Assembly (NCBI GenBank): GCA_010356995.1
Contig: ML996707.1
Coordinates: 124,001-188,000 of the forward strand
From: Trichodelitschia bisporula
Taxonomy: Eukaryota
Direction: 5' to 3'
Length of the DNA: 64,000 bases
Shown here one piece after another: positions 23,980-34,937 of this stretch. The notes under the pieces are model-generated. The model was not told the origin of the DNA, made no database searches, and saw nothing but the letters and a program-made list of their open reading frames with translations. Every line of letters starts with the position of its first letter. Within the stretch, counting starts at the first letter, position 1. Position numbers and translations under genes: made by a program.

Positions 23980-24914
23980 TTATTTTTGCCGACACATTGA
24001 ACTGGATGATCCGCCGCCTTGCTCGTCTTTTTTATCCAAGGGCTCAAGGAGGGACTGTTTGAAGAATGGCGTCCATACGTCATCCTCGGCAAACTCGAAG
24101 CCAAAGCTAGGTGCATCGGGCCCAGGAGGATCATATTGCATCTCGTATGGTTGCAAGTCTGTCGAAAAGCTGTCTGTCTGCCTGTCGGCTAAACAACTCA
24201 CTTTTGAAAGCGGTTTTCTGAAGCTCTGTGGCACAGCAAGCCTGCTTGCCTGAGCCTTTGGATCATCCAGTTCAAGCTCAGTGCCAACAAAGTCCGGCAA
24301 TTGCAGTGAATCCCCTTCTGCGATGGGAGTGCTAGGATCGCTCCACGCGCCGATTCCGACAAGGTCCGTATCCCATGATGTGCTGAGAAGCGTGGCACAC
24401 TCACGACCCGCTGAACGTTGATCCGCATTCGCAACTGAAGCATTATATGTGGTGCATGAGGAGGGACTTCGACCTTTGGCGCTGCCCAGAGCTCTGTCCT
24501 TGACTGCAACCGCGGATGGGGCATTTGGCGTCGTCTCCCTGGCTTGATGACTCGAAAAGTAGCTTGCGTCAGAGTCGGCGAGGCTTTCCGCGGAATCCTC
24601 TTCCATGGCTTCGTAACCAGAATCTGCCGGGCATTTGTCGCATCTGGTGACTTCGAAAGTTCCGTCGCTGTCCACGATTTCGATGAGGCTCGTCTCCTGG
24701 TTCGAGTGTTAACTATGAACGGAAGCTTGGGAACCCGGTTTCCGTCTCTTCAGAAAGTTCATACGTTGAATAACCCGTCGTGGGGTCGGAGAGGTTCCCC
24801 GGACGAGCATGACTTGAATTTGTACAAGTCATCATCGTCGGTATGAGAATGCAGCAGGTGCAGGTCTGCTTTCCCATTAATATCGCATTGACAGCAATAA
24901 CAAATCTTTGTCAT
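23980..24914 (-). CDS. Hypothetical acidic/Ser-rich protein with N-terminal CxCxxC...CxxC; putative intron 24697-24764
   Basis: MTKICYCCQC exon joins the 231-aa ORF (..VTRCDKC..) in frame via GTATGA..GTTAAC..CAG; no recognised family. Confidence 0.35.
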
Positions 24915-26540
24915 CGTGAATTGCTCTGAGATTTGATAGAGTTTTGTTGATAGATAGTAGGATCCCAATCGTCGAGCTACAGCCAAAGAAGTACATCTGA
25001 GCATTTGTATGGACTACGGTTCGAAATTCAGCAACTAACGAGCTCGCCAGAAGAATGTTCTTGACCGAAGGCTTCTTTTGGCCTAGTGAGGCTCCAGGCC
25101 GAACGCCGGTTTCGGTGCAGTTAAGGTTCGTGCTGGACCTGTTACATCATGCTTCCTGTACTAGGATCATGGCTCTCGCAGGGTTGCTCGCTTTCCGACC
25201 GAGCCAACGAAAACGGGCTGGAGGAAGCATGCGAAGCACATGCGCCGTATCTTGCAATCTAAGTTACGCGAGCGCGAGCTTTCAGCCGTGTTCACGGCCA
25301 AGTGGAACCTTGAGATCAGTTCTCGGGCGGACTGAAGACGCGAAGCCACTTATCCCTATAAGGGAGCAAGCTGCCCATTTGGAGCAAGAAACACTGCGCG
25401 CCCTCGTCAAGGCTGAAATGCGTGCGGACTGTTGGTCGACAGGCTGTAAATACCGTAAAGGGCCATCGGGGTGAACGGTAGTCACATCCATCCCTTGGCA
25501 ACGGACCGTCTGTCATCATGTCCAGTCGCTAGCTCCCGTTAACCTTATGAACAGCTGCACGACCACGCCTTCTTACCGCTAAATCAAGCCGGAGCCTGCT
25601 CACACGCTCCAACATCAGGATATCGTGTCAGTCATGATTTGTAGCCGCGTACGAAATGCTCAGCACCGTTTCAGGTGCCGTAGTACCACTTCGAATTCAT
25701 GCCATTCGTTACCCAGGTGCCATTGGCCGTGCCCGAGCCGTGGGGGTACGCCTATCGTCATCGGGTCTATGTAACCCAAGACGGGACGAACCGCAACCTT
25801 ATGTGGACGACGAGCCAATTACCACCCAAAAATATCGTGGCCGCACTGTCTAGCCCTGCTGTAGGGGTTTAGCACTCACTGGTCTGAGATCTACAGCGGA
25901 GGGTCCAATATATACGCGCGCATCTTTCAGACTGCAGACTTCCGAGGCTTGGCCCGAGAATATTAGCCCGAGAGTCCGGCCGGACCCCGCGTGGGGTCTT
26001 GGTTACCCCGATCGCCGCGGAGAAGACCAATCGAAGTTGCAAATCTTCCTTAACCCGCCAGATTTACCCCGCGATGAAAGTTCTCGCCGATCTCTTTGCT
26101 GCCAACGGCGGAAGGTCAGGAAGGTACTTCTCACGTGGGCCAGTTCTCGAAAGTCGATGCTCCCCAGCCTAGAAGGCATCACACTCATCCTGACGTATCT
26201 CCCATACCGGAGCCGGCAGGGAGTGTAGCACGACATACCGTGCCGATGCGGGAGCTCTATTGTGATATGTGCTCTAAGGATTAGTAAACTACCGCAAACA
26301 TCATCGCGTCCAATCATGTAGCTGAGCTAGGAATACTTATGGGCATATGTCCGCAAATGCCGGCGGACTTAGCATTGCGCCAACCTGAGATAGGATCCGC
26401 CTCCCTATGCACTCTCGGAGTAATGCTGTGTCCGGCATGAATTGGAACTTCGCTCAAGCGTACAATTGGAAATGGCGGGGGTTAACCTTAGATCCGCGTT
26501 CAGCATTGAGCTCTGCCTCGGGTAGTTTGACACGAAGGAG

Positions 26541-26548
26541 TATATAAG
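26541..26548 (+). promoter_or_regulatory. TATA box upstream of SDR gene
   Basis: TATATAAG about 120 nt upstream of the ATG at 26663. Confidence 0.55.
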
Positions 26549-26662
26549 CTCCCCTCTGCGTCCCCAAACTTGCTCCCCACTTCAAAAGACACTTCAGTTG
26601 ATCTCCATCCAATTCAGGCTACCAAGATCCGTTCAAACAATCGTCAGATTCCCCAATCCACA

Positions 26663-27466
26663 ATGACTAAACTCGCCGGCACCAACATCCTCGTTATTGG
26701 AGGCACCTCCGGCATCGGCAACGCCGTCGCCTCCCTCGCCCTCGCAGAAGGCGCGAACGTGCAAATTTCCTCCTCAAAGGCCTCGCGCGTGGAGTCCGCC
26801 GTTGCTGATCTACGCACCGCGCACCCATCCGCCACCGTGGCCGGCCATGTCGTCGACCTGTCCAACGAAGACACGCTGGAGGACAATGTGGCGGGGCTGC
26901 TCGCCGCCGTCGGGCCGTTGAACCACATCGTGTTCACCGCGGGCGATTCGTTGCCCGTGTATGAGCTGAAGGATATTACTCCGGCGTTGTACCACAAAGC
27001 GCGTAAGTAGTTTCCCACGACTGGAAGGCGAGTGCTCATGAAGATCACAGATACCGTCCGCGTCGTGGCGCCGCTCATGGTCGCAAAGCATGCGGCCAAA
27101 ATTCTCCCGCCTTCCCCGAGGTCATCAATTACTCTCACTACCGGATCCATTGCTTCGAAGCCGATTCCGAATTGGACGGTTGTGAGCTCGTTGGCAGCGG
27201 CGGCTCAAGGAGTCACGCGCAACCTTGCTGTCGATATGAAACCCATCCGCGTCAACATCGTTGCGCCCGGTGTGGTATATACGCCGCTTTGGGACAGCTG
27301 GCCCAAGGAGGTGGTCGAGACTATGCTTGAGCAGGCGAAGGCGAAGACGACGACGGGCGAGACTGGGAAAGTGGAGGATGTGGCCGAGGCGTATTTGTAT
27401 CTGATGAAGGATTCCAATGTGTCTGGGGTTAACATTGACACCAACAGTGGGGTGTTCCTGGTCTAA
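26663..27466 (+). CDS. Short-chain dehydrogenase/reductase; intron 27003-27050
   Basis: ILVIGGTSGIG Rossmann motif, HIVFTAG, SITLTTG, RNLAVDMKPIRVNIVAPG, GKVEDVAEAYLYLMKD. Canonical YxxxK is not evident (atypical subfamily). Confidence 0.9.
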
Positions 27467-27676
27467 GAAGGGCCGCTCTGCCGTGCGGTTAGCTGGAATA
27501 GTTCCGGGCGATAGTGTTTGCAGTTAGGTATAAACCGTTTACGAAGATGCTGGTGGCTGGTGACATGTAAGCCCGACGAATACGAACCAGAGTGCCAGAA
27601 AGAGGGAAGGCAGAAACGAGCCTTAAAAGAAATTTACTCGGCTACACCGCTGCAACGAGCCAGGGCCCAGTCGATC

Positions 27677-30151
27677 TTACCCGAGCACCACCTCTCGCGC
27701 CTGCTTCACCCTCTCCCATGCATGCACATGTACCTTCCCAACGCCCATCCTTTGCGCCACGTTACCCTCCCACTGAACCATGAGCACATTGACCAAGCAC
27801 TAACACACAGATCTGTCAAAAGTCTCCTCATCAAACCAAGCTTCTCGCCCATCCCTCTCTTGCTCACATACCGCTGGTGCCCCAGGTTCTCCGACATACG
27901 CTTCAAGGTGCGCATCCCACGCCGTATCCTCTTCGCCATGCGCCAGCGTCGTCCTCGACAGCTCAACGAAATCGTATTCGCCAGCTTTTAAGTCCCCAAA
28001 TGTCGCGCCGTCCACGACGACACGCCCGCAACGCTTCCCCTCGCTCTCCAGCACCAGGTGGTACGCAAAGTGGGTGCTGCCACACGGCGACGTGTTCGGG
28101 TAGATTGACACGCTGAGCGCAGGGTCGGTGCGGCGGTCAACGTGCTCGCGAGAGACATACAGAGTACCCACTGTCGTGGACAGGCGGATCGTAGGGCCTA
28201 CTGCGGGGGCAGATTCCAGGGGATGGCAGTGAAGTAGCCCGTCCCGCACGTAGCGGATCTCATAGTCGTCATACTTGCGCTCCCACCCCGGTTGTCCAAC
28301 TCACTGTGCAGGCCGCATCTGCCACGGCCATGCGGCGCCCCAGGTCGAGATCGTTCGATTGGCTAGGTCGATGACGTTGGGATACTCGGCTGGCCCTACC
28401 TAGCCGGCCCATGACCAGCTTGGGAAACCGGCGCGGCGGCGCAAAGGGCCTAGTGGCGACCACAGCACCGCGAGATCGAGCATGCGTAGGGGGACGTTGA
28501 AGGAGGTCGGGCCGAGGACGGTGGGATTGAGGGCGGAGAAAATGCCCAGCAGTGCATTCATCACGTCACCCTCGAAGCTCAGGTTCCGCTTCGAGAAACG
28601 CGTCGCAATCTGCGCGTACACCTGGAAGTCATCGATGTCGGTGTTGAACTCATACGTCGGGATGGGATACAGGACGTGCGGCTGTGGAGCCGTTGGAGCG
28701 GGTGGATCGCTGCCTTCCTCGGTGCACTCCATTTCGTGGCATCGGAAGAAGACTTGGTGCGCTGTGAAGAAGAGCAGGCGCCGCGAGAGCAACCGTTCCT
28801 GGAACGTCCAGCCACGAGTTTTCCAAAATGCCGCGTCGATCAGCTCCGCTGTAGACTGTAGCCGGTTCGCGAGACGCATGCCCTGTACGTCAACGACGTG
28901 CTGTACCTGCGGCCGCGACGTGATCCCTGACAGTCCCGCGCTCGCGCCATCACTATGCGCAGTAACAATCGTCAGCTTCGCGCAGCCGTACACAAAGTCC
29001 ATCCAGCCAATGTCTTCCATCTTTTCCTCCACTGCATCCTGGCATATACACAGCGCATCGACCCATAAGAACTTCTCCCCAAGAGTGCGACAGAGGGCCA
29101 TGGCATCGCCCACAGTGCGAGTAGCCGGCAGCGCGCCAGGTACGTGGAAGGCTGCTAGCGTAGCGCGCGTCAGAGTGGCAAACGGCTGACGGCCCCACAC
29201 ATACCTGAGCACAACGAACGGCGGCTGCGTACGGTGGTCAAGCGTGACGAGACATTCACGATCGACGTCGATGAGGCGGCGCACAAAGGCGTTGCTGCTC
29301 TGCGGCAGAGGAGCGTTGCACCGCGTGTGATTCGCACAGCGCGTCAACTACGTGCGTACGAGCTGCAGGTCCGGAACGGGCCGCACGGGCCGGCCCGCTT
29401 GATCGCCGAGCCGATGGATGGCTGCGCGGACGTCCGGGTTGCGCGGGCGGTGGAGCGCGTCGGCGCTGGTGTTCCAGATGCCTGTGGGGCTGAGGCTGAG
29501 GTGCAGGCGCACGACGAATGGCTCTGCTGCGCTGTCGTAAGTGCCGAGCGGACTATGGGCGCTGCAGGCGATGCTCTCAAGCTCGATGCTGACTTTGCGA
29601 CCGTTGAAGATATCTGGCGGCACCAGGGTGCTCGTCTGGTTGACGAAGGAGGCCCAGACGGGACGGCAAAAGGCGCAGGTGCTGGTGCGGATCTCCTCGA
29701 CCAATCCTAGGCGGTGCGGGGGAACTTCAAACAGCCCGTTCTTGCCGACCATGGCGTAGCCGGCGAATGGCATTTTGAAGAGGATCTGGAAGTCGAGGCG
29801 GTTGCAGCGAGAGCATAACGCCGGATCTTGTACGACGCCTGGATCTTTCAGCCATGGCGGTGGTTTTGGCTGTCGAGGTGGATTCGCTGCCCAAACATTT
29901 TGCGACTGACCAAGCTGATTAAAGCCGAAGGAGAGCGACTTGTGAAAATGCTTCCGTCCGGAACTTCTTCCTTGACGGCGCTGCCAGCCCTGTGGGCAGA
30001 CGGCTATCTTCCGTATCAGTAGCGTCAATATCCGTCGATAGAGTGACTTACTGGAGGACCAAAAGTGTGATGAAGCTGAAGACGACCTCGAACTAATCTT
30101 AGGCCGCCCATCAAGATATGCACGTGCGCTACCCCGCCTTGCATGCATCAC
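27677..30151 (-). pseudogene. HET-domain (heterokaryon incompatibility) protein gene; one frame interrupted by TAG 29348-29350, TAG 28400-28402, TGA 28301-28303, TAG 27800-27802; 5' end uncertain
   Basis: LCSRC N-terminus; RRLIDV, YVWG, TVGDA, FLWVDALCICQD, MDFVY..A.LTIV, WKTRGWTFQERLLSRR, FSKRNLSF.GD, FPSWSWAG*, C-terminus CLVNVLMVQWEGNVAQRMGVGKVHVHAW..EVVLG* (TAA at 27677). All pieces share one frame. Confidence 0.88.
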
Positions 30152-32737
30152 GGCAAGTCAGCATGCTCGCAGCCCTGCTCTTCGTGACAATCAAAAAACA
30201 AGTCGTCGTCCGAGCCGCATATGGACTCCGCTTCATTGTGCTCCGCCACACTGTCAAGCAGCTGCTGAAATGCCTCCTCAAATTGTGCCAACATCTGAGG
30301 GTCGAAAGGGTGCTGGGGATGGGAGGAAGGTGTGAAATATATGTTTGGATCTTCGTAAAATTCGTCTTCATACCATTGCGCCAACATATCCCTATATCTC
30401 TCCGACGGGCTCATCAAGACTCGGGCTCGAAGGACTTGCATCGCCGTTCGACCTTCAATGTCGCGCCAGTTGACGTCCAGACCTCTGAGTCGAGCAGTCG
30501 TCAAGATGTCCAGCGCACGCAAGCCGTCAAAGTCCCAGGTATCCAAGCCACGCCACAGGCTAGCCGCCTTGTGTAGGACAGACTCCCCCAAGTTGTTCCT
30601 GTGCAGATAGTTTGCACCATGCTCGAGTAGGCATTGGAAAGCTTGACGAGTAAAAAAATCTGACCCAACGGAGGCAAGTAGAGGCGTATCTCCGTCGACG
30701 TCAACTGCTTCAACGTCCGCCCCGTTGTCCAAAAGCCAGCGAAACGAGCGGGGATTTTTGAAAGCCGCTATGTGAAGAGGAGTCCTCCCAAGGTAGTTGC
30801 GACTATTAACGTCGAAAGGCAGACCACGGAAAATTGGCAAGTATACTTCACCATCCAGTTTCTCCGTAGCTAGGTGCAAAGCCGTCTGCTCCTTAGCATT
30901 GCGAAGAGTAACATCGACTCCAGCATCGACAAGCAGCTGGAACAAGGTCGGATGCGCACAACGCGGAAGGAAAGCATGAATCAAATGGCGCGGTGAGGCC
31001 TGGTCACGCCAATTGGTACCGAGAGGGCCACGGTTCAGTACTGTACCGAAAGCCATGCTGACGTTCACATCAGCATTAAAGCGTATTAGCGTTAGTGCGG
31101 TAGCCTCATCTTGACGCACTAAAGCCCAAAAGAGTGCGGTCCATCCGATGGCATCCTTTGCGTTGATATCGTCTGTCGAATATCGGAGATATTGCTCCAG
31201 GTCTGTTTTCTTAAATCCCAGGGCAATCTGGTGGATCATAGGAAATGAGAATGCCTCGACAACCTCTTCGGTTTGCGGAAAGAGAGCCTGAAGATCTTCC
31301 GTTCTCACCATGTTTTGTGGCGTGTCGTGCAGAATTATCATCCATGCGGATACCAATGGAGACCTAGTTGCATGAGGTAAAAATTAGGTTGAATGGCGTC
31401 CTACTCACAATTCATCGTTCACTTGAAGATGTACGTTTGCTCCAGCTTTCAGCAGAAACTCGGAAATGTGGCACTGTCGGAAACCGAGAGCGAACTTCAG
31501 TTTATCAGATCACAGACGAGTCCGAAAGCAAAGAGGGCTCTCCAGGAGGTCTTACATGAAGAAGCGTTCTCCCATCACTTGAGGCGATGTCATTCGGGGT
31601 GGCAAGTCCACTTGAAAATGCCCTTTGAATGCTACAGAGATCTCCATATGCTATGCTCTGCAACAAGGTTGGAGAATGGTGTGGGACGATTCTTTGAACT
31701 GAGATGCCGAACGACGGACCAGACGTTGAATTTGCCATCGAAATGTACACAAGTTTCGCTGCAAACCAGGCAGGGAACCGGTACGTTGCCCTCAGCGTAA
31801 ATTCTGGGAGTACATGACATCGCTTATCAGAGCACTTTCGAGACCCCATTGGGTGTCCTGTATAGCGCGCGAAGAGAGCCCCAAAAACACCGCTGAAAGC
31901 TTGAGGACTGACCACATGGTGCGTGGTGTGGCAACTACAGCGACAAGTCGGGGACACGATCGTTGGAAATTCCGATGGACATGGATGACGATGTCTCCTG
32001 ATGGAGGTCGTGCCGAGGCGGTGGCCTGGACGTTCATAGATTTTTCATTTGCGATATGGCGTGTCTGCGGAACAGCGAGCGAAGCCTCCGATCTGCTCTT
32101 GATCACCTGTTGATCATGTTGGATATCTTCCAATGCTGCTGTGCGGCAGAGAAGCTCCTCAAAGACCCGATGGTTCGCGGCGTGGCTGTTGCTCAAGGAT
32201 AACTCGACTCTTGAATTGCTAAGCTCGATTCCACGGCAGATCACTTCAACACTGTCTACTGTCATGCCGACACGAAAAGTTTTGGACCTATGTCGGTCAG
32301 CTCTGTACGTTGTATCACCGCCTGGCTTACGCAGCGCGTGATGAGATGACGGTAGCCACATTGAGGCGCAATGTTCTCAAGCCTTCCTGCAGGGCCTTTA
32401 CAGTCTGTCTTTCAAAGGCCCATCTCATGCGTTGCGTCGCAGCAGTCCTCGCAGAATTGACCTTGCTCAACCGCCGCGAAAAGGCGTCCAGTTCTCCAAG
32501 TTTGCCCTGCGCTGACTCAAGTACTTTGCGTATCCTCTCCGCCGAAGGCGTCGCAGGATCTAGCGTCTTGTATGCTTCTTCCGCTTCGCAAAGGACGAGC
32601 TTCAGGTCTTCGACCTCGTTGGAGAGGGCCAGCAGCTCGGCAGGAGCGTCGTGGAGGTGTTTGAGGAACGATACCAGTGCCTTGGCGGCCTGAGCCAGTG
32701 CGACGATGCTCGCTGAGATGGACAGAGGATCCACCAT
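30148..32737 (-). pseudogene. Fungal N-terminal (HeLo-like/STAND-associated) domain + ankyrin-repeat protein with one apparent frameshift near 31950; introns 32288-32330, about 31497-31555, about 31365-31409
   Basis: MVDPLSISASIVALAQ...HDAPAELLALSNEVEDL..R.RWAF; CRCSCH and RATYRFPAWF middle region; ankyrin repeats GRTLLH, GWTALFWA, EQTALHLA, GRTPLHIA, GDTPLL, GESVLHKA, GRTAM. The CxCxCH region lies in a different frame from exon 2 and no intron repairs it (could be a sequencing error). Confidence 0.8.
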
Positions 32738-33509
32738 GATGAAAAGGCCGCTTAAAGCTAGCACACAAAGGCTGCTGCGAGTCTGGACGGCCGCTGGGTG
32801 GGCTCAGGGCTCTTAAGAAGCCGGCCACAGCCTGCCTGCAAGCGGCAGGGGCACGAGCTGAATGATGCAGAACAGACCGGGGGTTGCAGATGGAAGGGCA
32901 AGTGCACGGGAAGGCAGACTCCAGTGTCCATAGGGATTGAGCCTCGCTACGAGACGACACCATCACCGTGAGCGATTGCATCTCTATCATGACTTCATCT
33001 CTCGCACGGGTCGCGACTTCGATCGATGGTCGAATGGCGATGCGGCACCGAGCGCCTTTGGCCCGCAGACAAGCTTTACAGCGTCCGCTAGCATTGGTGC
33101 GGAGGGGTGGGCGACGACAACGTGATGAAGAGTGTCTACGGATGTACGCAATGATGGTTGCGCAACTGCACGAGATCACTGTGAAATCGGTGAGCAGAGT
33201 ACTACAAAAAATGTGAAGTGAAGTGGTGAAGGAAATATACCCTAGAGACAATAAAGCACGCGATAAGGCTTTCCACTGAACGCGATAAAGATTGCAGCGA
33301 GTAGCGTTAAGCGCAGGCGCAGCGTGGCCGCTCGGCACAGTTTCCCGCGTTCGGGGGAGGTCGGAAATCCGGAGGCGCCAGGGCCGCAAAATCTGCCGAG
33401 CACGTATATTTGGCGACAGCCTCTCAAATTATTGTCACCGCTACAACCCTTTGTCTCCCACCCCCCACAACACCAACCTACCTCCCAATCTCCACTCATT
33501 TCTTTCGCA

Positions 33510-34529
33510 ATGGCTGTCGTTGCTGCCCCCGCCCCTCGCCAGCTCTCTGGCATTGACCTTTACTCCCGCTTCGCTTTCGCAGGCGCTGTGTGCTGCTCGG
33601 TCACCCATGGCGCGCTCACCCCGGTGGATGTGTACGTTACCCGCGATGATTCAGTCGCACACCTGCTAACCGGCGCAGCGTGAAGACGCGCATCCAGCTT
33701 GATCCTCTAAAGTACAACAAGGGCCTCATCGGCGGCTTCAAGCAGGTGATTGGGCAGGAGGGTTTCGGTGCCGTGTGGACCGGCGTGGGACCAACGTTTG
33801 CGGGTTACTTCCTGCAGGGCGCCTTCAAATTCGGCGGCTACGAGTTCTTCAAGGCTCAGTCGATCAACCTGCTGGGTCTGGAGACGGCTTCCAACAACCG
33901 CACCGCTGTCTACCTCGCGTCCGCGGCCGCCGCTGAGTTCTTCGCCGACATTGCGCTGTGCCCGCTCGAGGCGACGCGTATCCGTCTTGTGTCGCAGCCC
34001 ACCTTCGCCAATGGCTTGATCGGCGGCTTCGGCAAGATCCTGAAGTCGGAGGGTCTTGGTGGCTTCTACGCGGGTTTCGGTCCTATCCTGTTCAAGCAGG
34101 TGCCCTACACTATGTCAAAGTTCGTTGTCTACGAAAAAGTGTCGGAGGCAATCTACGGCGTCGTGGACAAGAGCACGGCGTCGGGTGCTATGAACACGAC
34201 CATAAACCTCGGTTCCGGTCTCATTGCCGGTTTCGCGGCCGCCATCATCTCGCAGCCCGCCGACACCATGCTCAGCAAGATCAACAAGACCCCTGGCGCT
34301 CCCGGTGAGGGCACCACCAGCCGCTTGATCAAGATCGCCAAGGAGCTTGGCCTGCGCGGCAGCTACGCCGGTATCGGCGCCCGTCTCTTCATGGTGGGTA
34401 CGCTGACGGCGGGCCAGTTTGCCATATACGGCGACATTAAGAAGGGTAAGTTATCTGCAAGCTTTCTAGAATTGACTGCTAACGGGACTAGCTCTCGGTG
34501 CGACGGGTGGTGTTGAGATTTCCAAGTAG
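33510..34529 (+). CDS. MIR1: Mitochondrial phosphate carrier; introns 33632-33678, 34446-34491
   Basis: [76 protein letters not shown]; three carrier repeats. Confidence 0.95.
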
Positions 34530-34937
34530 ATCTTTTTCTAGACGTGCATTTTTTTCGGGGTCCCATGGGACTAGAGCGTACGGATTCGGTAATGGCGTAA
34601 TGTACACTATCTGAATGTTCTCCGCTTGCGTGCCTGTGCCACTAATGCAGTGCGGGAGCTGTTGGCCTTGCTGTTCGCATCAACTACAACTGTAGACGTC
34701 TGTCTCGTGCTGTGCCAATGCAGCCTGATTACCTCGCGGTTGTAGGGCGGTTCGCTTCAACGTTAAGCGGACGATAGCCAGCCTTTCAAGATCACAAGTG
34801 CTGCAGTAATGACACTCACGGCACAGACTCATGCAGATAGTACAAAGCGCAGACGCAGTTAGCGCGCCCGGGTATACCATGCCACAGCACCAAAGCCCCA
34901 ACGCCGGCCCATAGTTCTGTCCCTCCCAAATCAAGCC

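Noticed and set aside
27677..30151. Genome-wide stop-codon reassignment explaining the in-frame TAG/TGA
   Set aside because: TAG and TGA terminate conserved genes in this window normally (e.g. MIR1, GH105 and YSH1 with TAG; the LysM gene with TGA).
32517..33389. 290-aa minus-strand ORF
   Set aside because: Low-complexity Arg/Ser/Cys composition spanning the divergent promoter and overlapping the ankyrin gene out of frame.
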